In this document: piece after piece, positions 28,347 through 37,741 of the stretch | How positions within the stretch are numbered: position 1 is the first letter of the stretch | Layout of the letters: each line of letters opens with the position of its first letter | Virus record (IMG/VR): IMGVR_UViG_3300025015_000011 | Coordinates: 32,001 to 96,000 of that record | DNA from: a virus | Direction: 5' to 3' (one strand) | Length of the DNA stretch: 64,000 nucleotides | Program-made: the position numbers and the translations under genes | Notes under the pieces: model-generated | Database searches by the model: none | What the model was told of the DNA's origin: nothing | Seen by the model: the letters and a program-made list of their open reading frames with translations, nothing else

Positions 28347-29090
28347 ATGACCTTAAATGAAAAGATTGAAGCTATCAGAAAGAAATCAGAAAGTCTTCTT
28401 CAACAGTATCAGATTTCAGGTGTTAGAATCCGGTTTGACCTCAGAGGCAGAACAGCTGGACAGGCTTGTTGGAAAAGAGAAGGTGGTGGGTTGTCTCACA
28501 GTCCTTTGAAACTTTCGAACCTTCAGCTCAGATACAATGTTCAGTTTCTACATACTGACTTTGATGATATGTTAAATAATACAGTAGATCATGAAATAGC
28601 TCACCTCGTAGATGTTACAAGGCGAGGAAAAAGCGACCACAGTTATATATGGGCTCGTATCATGAGAGAGATGGGAGCAGATCCTTCCAGGTGTCATGAT
28701 TATGATATGTCCAACATATATCATCATGTAGTTAAATGTGATTATATGAACCATCATGTTACTGAAAGAATGTATAAAAAAGTAAAGGCTGGTTCTGGAC
28801 ATCGTTGCAATAAATGCAAGTCCAGATTGTATCTTCCTTTGGTTATAACACCTTTTAATCATCCCACAGAGGTCATTCAAATAGCTGCTCAGAGGCCTGC
28901 TGTGAGTGCGTCTCTTGCAAGGGAAAATGTTAGCTATAAACAGTTCTGCAAAAATATGATAGACGAAGGACAGGGCAAAGAGGCTATCAAAACAGCCATA
29001 ATAAACAGGTATGTCACTGAAGGAAAAGAAGAGGCTTGGGCAAAGACCAGAGCTAATGCAATATATGCTCACATGATGAAAGGAAAGTAA
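28347..29090 (+). CDS. SprT-like zinc metalloprotease with zinc ribbon and extra C-terminal domain
   Basis: LRGRTAGQA, HEIAH, H...W..IM...G..P.RCH, CNKC. Confidence 0.88.
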   Translation: MTLNEKIEAIRKKSESLLQQYQISGVRIRFDLRGRTAGQACWKREGGGLSHSPLKLSNLQLRYNVQFLHTDFDDMLNNTVDHEIAHLVDVTRRGKSDHSYIWARIMREMGADPSRCHDYDMSNIYHHVVKCDYMNHHVTERMYKKVKAGSGHRCNKCKSRLYLPLVITPFNHPTEVIQIAAQRPAVSASLARENVSYKQFCKNMIDEGQGKEAIKTAIINRYVTEGKEEAWAKTRANAIYAHMMKGK

Positions 29091-29126
29091 TATACAGTCT
29101 AAATCTGATATTGAGGAGGATTGAAA

Positions 29127-29318
29127 ATGGGTAAAGGTCTAAGGATAATACACAGAGATGGATTTGGTGATAGTACTAAATTCATTGAAGTCATAGACAA
29201 TGATATATTTTCAGTAGGGCTGTATAATGACAGGAAACAGTTGTTTCAGTATACAGCCGAAGATGTTATCAGGTTCATTCATAATAGGACCTGGATTGTA
29301 GCTGGAACAATAGATTAA
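29127..29318 (+). CDS. Hypothetical protein
   Basis: GAGGAGG RBS. Confidence 0.6.
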   Translation: MGKGLRIIHRDGFGDSTKFIEVIDNDIFSVGLYNDRKQLFQYTAEDVIRFIHNRTWIVAGTID

Positions 29319-29340
29319 TTAAATAGGGTCTTAATTAAAA

Positions 29341-29384
29341 GAACCTTCACATATATAAATATTTGTAAAAGTGTGTGGAGGTTC
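29341..29384 (+). promoter_or_regulatory. RBS-sequestering hairpin with T4-type late promoter at the loop
   Basis: GAACCTTCACATAT (29341-54) pairs with GTGTGTGGAGGTTC (29371-84, contains GGAGG); TATAAATA at 29354-61. Confidence 0.75.
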
Positions 29385-29392
29385 GAAATTTA

Positions 29393-30025
29393 ATGGTTGT
29401 TATATGTGAAACTTGTTTGAAAGTTCATGATGGAACTTATGGGTCTGGAAGATTTTGTTGCAAAAAGTGTGCTAGTTCATTTAGTACTAAAAACAAAAGA
29501 AAGGAAATAAACGAAAAGGTTAGTGAAAAATTAAAGGGAAATAAAAACAGTAAGGGTAAATCCTTTAATAAAGGTTTTGATGAACGTAGATATATTTGGA
29601 CAAAAGAAGATAGAATAAAAGCACAAGAAACCAAAAGAAGAAATTTACAGCAAAAGTATATTGATGTGCCATTTGAAAATTTACCAAATGGCCAAAGAAG
29701 GAAAATAATATTAATTTCTCAAGAAAATGTATGTTGTATATGTAAAACTAAAGAATGGTTTGGTAAACCAATAGTCTTGGAGCTGGACCATATAGATGGT
29801 AATAATAAAAATAATAAAGAGGATAATTTAAGATTTTTATGTCCAAACTGTCATAGTCAAACTTTAACTTGGAAAGGTAGAAATATAACAAAAAAGAAGA
29901 TATCTGATGAAGAATTTTGTAAAGCACTTAATGATGCTCCTTCTATAAGGCAGGCTTTGGTTCAATTAAATATAACACCAAAGGGTGGTAATTATATCAG
30001 GGCTAAGAAGTTAAAAAATAATTGA
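29393..30025 (+). CDS. HNH (homing-type) endonuclease with N-terminal zinc finger
   Basis: CETC...FCCKKC; CCIC...LELDHIDGNNKNNKEDNLRFLCPNCH. Confidence 0.9.
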   Translation: MVVICETCLKVHDGTYGSGRFCCKKCASSFSTKNKRKEINEKVSEKLKGNKNSKGKSFNKGFDERRYIWTKEDRIKAQETKRRNLQQKYIDVPFENLPNGQRRKIILISQENVCCICKTKEWFGKPIVLELDHIDGNNKNNKEDNLRFLCPNCHSQTLTWKGRNITKKKISDEEFCKALNDAPSIRQALVQLNITPKGGNYIRAKKLKNN

Positions 30026-30030
30026 AAATT

Positions 30031-30115
30031 GCGAGAGTGGTGGAACTGGCATACACATTTGGTTTAAGCCCAAATGCCCTTAGGATTGAGGGTTCGAATC
30101 CCTCCTCTCGCACCA
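30031..30115 (+). tRNA. tRNA-Leu (UAA)
   Basis: GCGAGAG/CTCTCGC acceptor, TTTGG-TT TAA GC-CCAAA, long variable arm, TTCGAAT, encoded ACCA. Confidence 0.95.
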
Positions 30116-30140
30116 AATTTAATTTGAAAGGATAAAGTAA

Positions 30141-30521
30141 ATGAGAATTCTTCTTATTGATGATTGTAGAAATTTTTCAGATGTTGATACCATAGCTCGT
30201 AACTACAAAGATGGGATTGCAGCCCTACAGTCTGAAAAATGGGATGTGCTACTTCTTGACCATGACCTTGCAGATTTTGAGATTCCTGAAAATGAAAAAG
30301 GGTGTACTGAAGATGAATTCCTCAAATCACTAATTAGAAGTGAATATTTAGATATTGATGGGAATTTCAGTTATGAAATCAAAGAATATACAGGATATGA
30401 TGTTCTTTGCTGGCTTGAACAACATCCTGAGCATCTTCCAAAGAAGATTACATTGGTGACATCTAACCCTGTAGGAAGAATGAGAATGCAGTCATTGATT
30501 GAAAGGTTGTATGGTAAATAA
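30141..30521 (+). CDS. Cyclic-phosphate processing receiver-like domain protein
   Basis: LLIDDCR, ARNY, LDHDL, TGYDVLCWL, TSNPVGR. Confidence 0.8.
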   Translation: MRILLIDDCRNFSDVDTIARNYKDGIAALQSEKWDVLLLDHDLADFEIPENEKGCTEDEFLKSLIRSEYLDIDGNFSYEIKEYTGYDVLCWLEQHPEHLPKKITLVTSNPVGRMRMQSLIERLYGK

Positions 30522-30755
30522 ATGAATAATGAAGAGCTAGATTTTTTATTAGATGGAGAATGCTGCCCTTTTTGTTGTCAAGGACATCTTCATAAAAAAA
30601 ACATAGATGAAACTTTCATTTATAAAAATCATAAAATAGTTATACCAAATTACTGCATTTTTGAATGTAGTTTTTGTAAAGAAGCTATTGTAAGTCAAAA
30701 GTCTATTAGAGAAACTGAAAAGATTTTAAAAGAATTTCGTGAAAAGAGGACTTGA
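30522..30755 (+). CDS. YgiT/MqsA-type zinc finger protein (no HTH)
   Basis: CPFC..GHL...ETFIYK...IVIPN....CSFCKEAI. Confidence 0.75.
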   Translation: MNNEELDFLLDGECCPFCCQGHLHKKNIDETFIYKNHKIVIPNYCIFECSFCKEAIVSQKSIRETEKILKEFREKRT

Positions 30756-30758
30756 CTA

Positions 30759-31160
30759 TTAAATCAACTTCTCTAAATTAAATATAGTCATATCAAGTAC
30801 ATGCCTGCCAGTCCTTGTCCCATGTGCAGTAGTGTAAGTCCATTTAAATACTGCTCTGTATATTACTTCTTTTAAAGTAGAATCTGTCATTGTGGTATCA
30901 GCTTCTTGCATATACCAAGATAGTGCCCCAGTATTTGTCACAAAGACATTATTTGTATTAAGAACATTTTGCTCATTTCTACTATTTATTATTGTATTAG
31001 TTGGGGTATCACTAAGACAATAATAAGTCAAAGTTAAAGTGATTATATCATTTAAATCTATGGGATTATCGCTTTCATCTAATAAATCAGCAGTAATAAG
31101 TGGAGTAGTTTTTTCTAATATAATATCTGTAAAAACTGTTATTTTATTTTCTGTAGCCAT
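30759..31160 (-). CDS. Small Ig-like/BppU-like virion protein
   Basis: Beta-rich, LLDESDNPIDL...TGALSW..QEADT; last gene of the late block. Confidence 0.6.
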   Translation of the reverse strand: MATENKITVFTDIILEKTTPLITADLLDESDNPIDLNDIITLTLTYYCLSDTPTNTIINSRNEQNVLNTNNVFVTNTGALSWYMQEADTTMTDSTLKEVIYRAVFKWTYTTAHGTRTGRHVLDMTIFNLEKLI

Positions 31161-31161
31161 A

Positions 31162-31389
31162 TTATTCCTTTAAAGTTATATATTTTAATTTTGTTGTCAT
31201 ATTTAAAATATTAAATAAAGAAGAATCATTCAATTTAATATTTTTTAAGGAGGGACTGGTACATAAAACATTGCTCAATCCAACTACTTCAAGTGTTGAT
31301 ACTTCTATTGTAGTTGGCCAAGTTCCAAACCAACCTTTTGCAAAAATTCCTGGGCCTAACCTACCTTTTACTATTAATGAAGTAAACAT
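31162..31389 (-). CDS. Hypothetical small virion-associated protein
   Basis: 75-aa ORF in operon; IFAKGWFG. Confidence 0.55.
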   Translation of the reverse strand: MFTSLIVKGRLGPGIFAKGWFGTWPTTIEVSTLEVVGLSNVLCTSPSLKNIKLNDSSLFNILNMTTKLKYITLKE

Positions 31390-31392
31390 CTA

Positions 31393-33129
31393 TCATCCTT
31401 CAATTCCTGTATATCTTATCTTCCCAGTAGTATCTAAAGTGAATTCTATTATTTGTACAGCCTCAGAGTCGTCTTCATAATATGTATAAGTTTTGGTACC
31501 ATCAATATTATCTACTTGCTTTAATTTACCTTTCTCCATTTTATACATCAATTCAGTCATAAGTTTAATAGCACTTATTGTTACTTCATTTGCTGGTTGG
31601 TCTGGTAAGTTATCTGTTTTACCCTTGATAGCTAAAATGTTAGCATTATCTGGAGCTGTGTAGGACGCGGAAGCAAGGCGGGACTGCACACTCGCCTCAA
31701 GTGCTAACCCGCCTGCTAACGCTCTTGCAAGCGTCAGTCCGATATTCACAAAGTCATAAGACTCACTAGCCTCATATTCAAGGTCACTTGTGCGCCAGTA
31801 TATAATGCCACTAGTGCCTGATTCTATACCGATGACTGAAGTAGTTATATAGTATGCTGATTTAGTTGGCCCTTGGACTTCATATACTCCAACGCTTGTC
31901 CAATCTTGTATCAGCCCAAGTATCGCGTCATGGATTTTATATTCTACCGGCGCGTTTTGTGGAAATCCATCAACGCTTAGAATCGTGGCCTGGTTAGAAG
32001 CAGACTCAATCATAGCATTGTAGGCTGTGAGAGTTAGCGTAGCTGTGACCGCTGATATATTCCTGTTAAGATTCACATCAGCAGCATAGGTGGTGAGGTT
32101 AAGTTCAGCTGTTAAGGCTGGTATGTTCGTTTCTGCGTTAACCCCCGCCGCCGGTGTTGCTAGTATAAGCGCTGCTGTGGCTGTAATTATATTTCTATCA
32201 AGATTAATATCAGCATTGTAGGTTGTGAGCGACAACGCAGCTGTTGTTGCGTCTATATTGATTACTGAAACCAATGAAGCTGGGTAGGTTGTAAGTGTAA
32301 GAGGCGCAGACACTGCCTGAATATTTGTAGACGCGTTCACTACTGATTGATAGGTTGTGAGCATCAATAAAGCTGTTGTGGTGACAACATCCTTGCCTAA
32401 CGACACACCAGCTGTATTGGCTGTAAGCATCAATAAAGCTGTTGTGGTGACAACATTGACATTCAACCTTATGGCTGCTGGAAAGGTTGTTAGAGTAAGC
32501 GGAGCTGTTATCGTGTTGACATTTTGTATCAGTGTAACGGCTGCTGGAAAGGTTGTTAGAGTAAGCGGAGCCGTTGTACATGTAACATTGGTTCCAGCGG
32601 CGAGACCATAAGTGAACCCTGTAATATAGCTGTAATACACACCTGAACCTGGATTACCAGACAGCAGTATTTGACCGTATACATCGCCATCGAAAGTACC
32701 AGTCGACGTATGGCGATAAAAAGTCCACGTGGCATTAACAAGTCTATCCTTTTCAGCGCCAGCCCAGCTTGAAACGGCCTCAGTGATATAGACTATTGTA
32801 GCAGATGAAGTTTTACTGACACGACCAACAACCTTTACAGCATCTGTTGATACAAGTGATGTAGAAGGGCAAGACCATGTTGCGTTTTCGTTACCTGAAC
32901 CGGTTGCACTTCGACTGGTTTGAGCTATCGCAGAACCAATTACGTCCTCTGAACCACCCGAATGGCGGACGATTACATCAAAATTATAATTATAAGTGCC
33001 AGTAAGTTCATATATGCGAGCATAGTCGCTTCCTCCGGTATGTGTCGAAGTAAGGAGACGCTTGGCAAGAAGACCGTTGACTGTGTGCGTATCAGGCCAA
33101 TAATATCTTGTCTCAACTGTATCTGCCAT
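31393..33129 (-). CDS. Fibre/scaffold-like protein with nine 22-aa Thr/Ala repeats
   Basis: Repeats xNVxxxTAxLTLTTYxAxVxxx; beta-rich N-terminal domain; mosaic GC. Confidence 0.7.
   Translation of the reverse strand: MADTVETRYYWPDTHTVNGLLAKRLLTSTHTGGSDYARIYELTGTYNYNFDVIVRHSGGSEDVIGSAIAQTSRSATGSGNENATWSCPSTSLVSTDAVKVVGRVSKTSSATIVYITEAVSSWAGAEKDRLVNATWTFYRHTSTGTFDGDVYGQILLSGNPGSGVYYSYITGFTYGLAAGTNVTCTTAPLTLTTFPAAVTLIQNVNTITAPLTLTTFPAAIRLNVNVVTTTALLMLTANTAGVSLGKDVVTTTALLMLTTYQSVVNASTNIQAVSAPLTLTTYPASLVSVINIDATTAALSLTTYNADINLDRNIITATAALILATPAAGVNAETNIPALTAELNLTTYAADVNLNRNISAVTATLTLTAYNAMIESASNQATILSVDGFPQNAPVEYKIHDAILGLIQDWTSVGVYEVQGPTKSAYYITTSVIGIESGTSGIIYWRTSDLEYEASESYDFVNIGLTLARALAGGLALEASVQSRLASASYTAPDNANILAIKGKTDNLPDQPANEVTISAIKLMTELMYKMEKGKLKQVDNIDGTKTYTYYEDDSEAVQIIEFTLDTTGKIRYTGIEG
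31999..32592 (-). repeat. 66-bp tandem coding repeats (9 units)
   Basis: GGCTGCTGGAAAGGTTGTTAGAGTAAGCGGAGC at 32473 and 32539; GCATCAATAAAGCTGTTGTGGTGACAACAT twice, 66 bp apart. Confidence 0.85.
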
Positions 33130-33410
33130 TAGGGTTGGTCACTCCATCTGTTTTTCATTTCAGGATGAACCGAGTAAAAGACCGTCCATTGTTCCGGCGT
33201 GGTAAGCTCTTCGATGAAGTCAGCGGGATTAATAGCCAAGACCTCATCAACATCAAATCGCACAAGGGATTTATCACCAAGAAAGACCGCACCCCATTGA
33301 ACGCATGGATATTTATCTCCATAGCAAAGTTGTGGGTATCTACGACTCCCACCGCCTTCTTCGGATGGAATATCAACTGTTACGACAGGGCTTATAATCC
33401 AGCGTATCAT
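33129..33410 (-). CDS. Hypothetical protein
   Basis: 93-aa ORF coupled on both sides. Confidence 0.65.
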   Translation of the reverse strand: MIRWIISPVVTVDIPSEEGGGSRRYPQLCYGDKYPCVQWGAVFLGDKSLVRFDVDEVLAINPADFIEELTTPEQWTVFYSVHPEMKNRWSDQP

Positions 33411-35096
33411 TTAGTTTCCAAACCATACCCACGAGGGTGCAGAGCTATAGGTTAAAGTAATTGTCTCATCCGGCTCTAACATGAAAATGCCCTGTGTCAA
33501 GCCCGTAGCCGTTCCATTTATGCTCACTCCGGTAACAGTCCCGCCAGTTATATGTACCCTGCAAGTCACGGGGAAATCATTTAAAAGAGCCACTCCAGAA
33601 GCGGGTATGCTCGGCGCGGTAAGCACCCCGACGGGGTTATAATTTATGAGATTGTGTGCATGGAGCTTGGAGTTTGTCCCCGCCTGTTTTGCTATCTGCC
33701 AAGACTGCGCTTTATTTTGACCACCGCACCCGCCGTGTATTTTTACTGTTGAAATCCCTGCCACCCTTACCAGATAATAATTTGACCCAGAAGACCCGCC
33801 CGGAGGAGGAACGCCGCCTGTTCCGCCTGTATCTGCCCCTGTCCAGCCGATGTTAGAAAAAGCCCATCCGAAAGAACTGGTCCTTGTAACATCAATTCCA
33901 ACGCAGGATAAATCAAAGTGAAAGTTCGTTCCAACTCCGTAGCTCTTTTCTAATCCATTTTGACCGTAAGGACTCGCCTCGATGCGCAGGCCTGTATGTT
34001 TGCCGAGCGTGAAGAAATTATGTATGTGCTGCTGGTCAGCTCCTCGTACACGCATTCCACAAGGGCCGTTTGGTGTAAAATTAGACCATCTTGATTGGTC
34101 AGTGAACGCTTGCCAGAACCCCTCAAAAATATTATAAAAAACCCAATGATGATTATTGGTGAAGTAGCAAACATCCCTTGTGTGGTCTACATTAATGCCG
34201 ACATTGAAAGCCCCTATATGGTTATCGCTGATTCTTGAGGTATGGCCGCCATCATTAAGAACAGTCCCAACCCCCATAGCGTCATAACTGTTAATGAATG
34301 TGCACCGTGTAATAGTGCAGGCTCCTCTATACTGAATAGTCATTGGGAAAACCCACGGCTGAATAGTCTCTGCGGTATCAGTTAACCGCATCTGCGTTGG
34401 ATAGAAAAAAGCTAAGTCTTGGATTGTGCAGTTCCACCCCATTGAAATCGCAGGGGTGATCTTATTCGTTATGTAAAACAAGGGGAAGGCTGTGCTGTAA
34501 TTATACGGAGTCCACGGGCCATGAGTATCACCCCGCAAGACCACTGGTATTCTCAGCGATGTGCCGCCGAGCACAATCTGCCCAGTGATTAAGTAAGGCG
34601 TGCCTGAACGAAAGATAACCTCACCACCAAAAACAGCTTTTGCAGCATCAACGGCATTTTGAACGGGTGTTGTATTGTCCGTCCCCCATACAAATCTTTG
34701 CGCAGATACGGTAGTTGAAGCTGCAACGCTTAACTGAACTTGAGATGAACTTGTAAAAGAAGTAATTGTCCCTTGAAGTTGATCGCCTGCCGCACCCGCG
34801 CCTGGAATGACAAGTGTCTTCCCAACATCGGCGGAAGAAAATGGATTCGAGGTGTTGGCGTAAACGACATTGGAGCCAGAGTTCATGGCTCCATCATTCT
34901 TAAACTGAGCGTCTCCGACAGCCCCATAGTCCTCTACTAAAAAAACTGTCGCACTTGAACCCACCACAGATGGTGTATAAGGTTCAAGTGCTGTCTCACC
35001 TACATTAGTTCGCCACGCCTTCAAGGAAGTCCCCACCAGAGTAGAAGGGAAATCCTTAAGATGGATTAATTTGTCTATCTCCCACTTAGCAGTCAT
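33411..35096 (-). CDS. Pectate-lyase-like beta-helix tailspike/depolymerase
   Basis: VEDYGAVGDA...TDNTTPVQNAVDAA...GEVIF..G; beta-helix repeats. Confidence 0.75.
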   Translation of the reverse strand: MTAKWEIDKLIHLKDFPSTLVGTSLKAWRTNVGETALEPYTPSVVGSSATVFLVEDYGAVGDAQFKNDGAMNSGSNVVYANTSNPFSSADVGKTLVIPGAGAAGDQLQGTITSFTSSSQVQLSVAASTTVSAQRFVWGTDNTTPVQNAVDAAKAVFGGEVIFRSGTPYLITGQIVLGGTSLRIPVVLRGDTHGPWTPYNYSTAFPLFYITNKITPAISMGWNCTIQDLAFFYPTQMRLTDTAETIQPWVFPMTIQYRGACTITRCTFINSYDAMGVGTVLNDGGHTSRISDNHIGAFNVGINVDHTRDVCYFTNNHHWVFYNIFEGFWQAFTDQSRWSNFTPNGPCGMRVRGADQQHIHNFFTLGKHTGLRIEASPYGQNGLEKSYGVGTNFHFDLSCVGIDVTRTSSFGWAFSNIGWTGADTGGTGGVPPPGGSSGSNYYLVRVAGISTVKIHGGCGGQNKAQSWQIAKQAGTNSKLHAHNLINYNPVGVLTAPSIPASGVALLNDFPVTCRVHITGGTVTGVSINGTATGLTQGIFMLEPDETITLTYSSAPSWVWFGN

Positions 35097-35108
35097 AGTC
35101 GGCCATCA

Positions 35109-35552
35109 TTAAGCCTTGGTTATGGTGAATATACCGTTAGCAGGCCATGTTATCGTGAGGTCGCCTGCGGTCATATTGACAGGGCCGCCGAGGTCTACAT
35201 ATCCTACCGCATCCTTTGCTGGGTCTGTATAATTGTATATGATACCCCAATAAGCGTCAATGTCATTTGAGGTGTGCTGCGCCCACGAAGGGTTTGTGGC
35301 AGAGTCAAAGGTCATGGTTGTGCCGGTCTGTGACACGAGGGCTGAAAGTGCACCGAGGTTAGTGCCACCAGCCACATATGTCCCAGCCGTTCCTACCTCT
35401 GTGAAGTCCCCAAGTACGGGTGTAACGGTTGTAGCAGTCGGGGCCACAGTGTTATCACATATCGCTACATAAAAATTGTCAGTTGAAGCCCAATCACCAT
35501 CCAGCATTTTTGCCAGTGCCTCATTGAAAATTACAATATCTCCTTGTGCCAT
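35109..35552 (-). CDS. Small phage fibre subunit-like protein
   Basis: FYVAI...EVGTAGTYVAGG...FDSATNPSW...GDLTITWPANGIFTI. Confidence 0.7.
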   Translation of the reverse strand: MAQGDIVIFNEALAKMLDGDWASTDNFYVAICDNTVAPTATTVTPVLGDFTEVGTAGTYVAGGTNLGALSALVSQTGTTMTFDSATNPSWAQHTSNDIDAYWGIIYNYTDPAKDAVGYVDLGGPVNMTAGDLTITWPANGIFTITKA

Positions 35553-35613
35553 TTATTTTCTCCTTTTTGTTATCTGAGGTCTTTAAGACCTAGTTGTATT
35601 TTGTCTAACCTTA

Positions 35614-36369
35614 TTATATACTTGTTCCTGTTACTTTTAATGTATATGTACTTTTTTGAGCTGCATTACCAGCTGGTAACCTTAGTTCTAACCAAATACC
35701 TTGATATTCTGTTGCAGGCAGCTCACCAGTAATAACATTTTTTGCTGAATTATTAAAGGTAATAGCACCAGGAGCAACTTGTCTGTTATTAGCTCCATTT
35801 GTTCCTGAATCGTTAAGAGTAGCAGCAACTCCAAAAGTTATAAGGCCTGTTGGGTCAGATTGTTCAGAAATTTGCCCACTAAGTAAAGATAAAGTAGCAT
35901 TTGTATTTTTAACAAATATTTTTTCATAGTAGGTCTTTTCAGCACCACCTGATGGGTCGGCCGCAGAGTTATAAAATGGAACTCTAACTTCTGTTAGTCC
36001 AGGTTCCATTGTACTCCAAACAGTTCCACCAGAAGAATTTCTGATTGTAACAGTACCTACTGCAGTTCCGCTTAAAGTAGCTTTAAGTATTCTTTCAAAT
36101 GTTAAAGCATCGAGAGCTACTGGAGAAGTTCCTGTTAGTACAACAGCTGAACTTATAATTGTACCAGCAGCATTTCTTCCTGTAACTGTAATAGTTTGGG
36201 TAGTATCAGAAACAGAGCTTGAAACAGCTTCTAATGTACTATTACCACTCATTTGAGTAAATTCAATTTTCTTTGTAAGTGCTATTGCACCGCCGATTGC
36301 GGTTGTTACATCATCCTCTGCCATAACAGCAGAACCATAAAATTTAATTTCATCTGTTGTAATACTCAT
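35614..36369 (-). CDS. Virion structural protein (beta-rich)
   Basis: SITTDEIKFYGS..IGGAI...YYEKIFVKN...GELPATEYQGIWLE. Confidence 0.65.
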   Translation of the reverse strand: MSITTDEIKFYGSAVMAEDDVTTAIGGAIALTKKIEFTQMSGNSTLEAVSSSVSDTTQTITVTGRNAAGTIISSAVVLTGTSPVALDALTFERILKATLSGTAVGTVTIRNSSGGTVWSTMEPGLTEVRVPFYNSAADPSGGAEKTYYEKIFVKNTNATLSLLSGQISEQSDPTGLITFGVAATLNDSGTNGANNRQVAPGAITFNNSAKNVITGELPATEYQGIWLELRLPAGNAAQKSTYTLKVTGTSI

Positions 36370-36379
36370 TTATTACTCC

Positions 36380-37741
36380 TTATTGTATTATCTTTATATT
36401 TTTTAATTTATTTGTTAGTACCTTCAAATTTCTTAAATACATTGTTCCATTAAATAAGATTATGCCATCATAATCAAAAGGTATTATACCAGATTCTATT
36501 ATTCCAAGTAAAGATTCATATTCAGCTACTTGCTCATTAGACATTGTTATCAGTGTCTCAATTGGAACAATAAAGTCTTTATTAAGAAATACTGTAGTTC
36601 TTAAACTATCAAAAGGTATTATACCAGCTACTATTAAATTTGTTAATTCTTCAAATGATATATTCTTGTTAACTGTTGTATTTTTTAAACTTTCAACGGA
36701 GATTGTAAAGTTTTTATCATATACTACCTCACCACGCCATTCAACTGGTATAGCATAATTTTTATCAAATAATGTTAAAGTTCCTGTCCATTCAAAAGAA
36801 ATCTCATTTTGTTTTAATGTATAAAATAGCGCCTCAAAAGGAATATGCTCATTAAATGATACTGTAGTTAAACTTTCGATTGGTACAGTTCTTTGTTTAT
36901 CTACACTCAATAATTCTTCAAATAAAGTTTGTTTATTAACTGTTATTCCAACTGAACTCCCATATGGAATAACATTTTGTGTTGATAATTCTAATAATTC
37001 TTCATAAGAAATTTGTCTATTAAGAGACAAACTCGTTGAACTACTAAAAGGAGTTACAACTTGGTCTGTTACTTGTGATAATTTCTCATATGACGCTAAA
37101 GCATTTAAAGAAATACCTTTATTACTTTCAAATGGAACTGCAAAGTTATTATCAAAATATACTATACCACCCCATTCTGTAGGGATAATAAAATTCTTAT
37201 CAAATACTATTATATCTTCCCATTCTACTGGAGACTCATTCTCGGATTTTACAGGTCCAAGAATATCTGATATATTTATTAAGTCTAATTCTAATGTATA
37301 TTCAGGAAAATATTCAGTCCAATAAAGGTTATTAAAATATGTGCTTGCAAAATATCCAGTATTGATAATTATACCAGATTGTTGAATAAGCATTAATAAT
37401 TCTTCAAATGAAAAAGATTTATTAAGAGTCAAATACTTTTGAATATCAAAATTTATTACACCATATTTATCAATTTCTAATATACCACCCCATTCTGTAG
37501 GGATATTTTTATTTAATGTTAAAGAAGAAAGAATTTCTAAATTTATATTTGTTTCTGATAATTCAAATGTAGGAAAATATGTTGCCCAATAATTAATCAA
37601 GAAAAAATTACTGTCAAAATAACTATTTGACAAAGAAAAAGATGTTGAACTCAATACAGAAGATAATATTTCTTTTGAAAATATTGCTTCTTTTGAAATA
37701 TTTATATAACCATCATCAGTATTTAGGAGTAATAATCCCAT
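36380..37741 (-). CDS. Scaffold-like protein with 14-17-aa repeats and two YFxxxYWxxYFP-type motifs
   Basis: About 20 units centred on (I/V)(P/S)(F/Y/V/I)E. Confidence 0.65.
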   Translation of the reverse strand: MGLLLLNTDDGYINISKEAIFSKEILSSVLSSTSFSLSNSYFDSNFFLINYWATYFPTFELSETNINLEILSSLTLNKNIPTEWGGILEIDKYGVINFDIQKYLTLNKSFSFEELLMLIQQSGIIINTGYFASTYFNNLYWTEYFPEYTLELDLINISDILGPVKSENESPVEWEDIIVFDKNFIIPTEWGGIVYFDNNFAVPFESNKGISLNALASYEKLSQVTDQVVTPFSSSTSLSLNRQISYEELLELSTQNVIPYGSSVGITVNKQTLFEELLSVDKQRTVPIESLTTVSFNEHIPFEALFYTLKQNEISFEWTGTLTLFDKNYAIPVEWRGEVVYDKNFTISVESLKNTTVNKNISFEELTNLIVAGIIPFDSLRTTVFLNKDFIVPIETLITMSNEQVAEYESLLGIIESGIIPFDYDGIILFNGTMYLRNLKVLTNKLKNIKIIQ

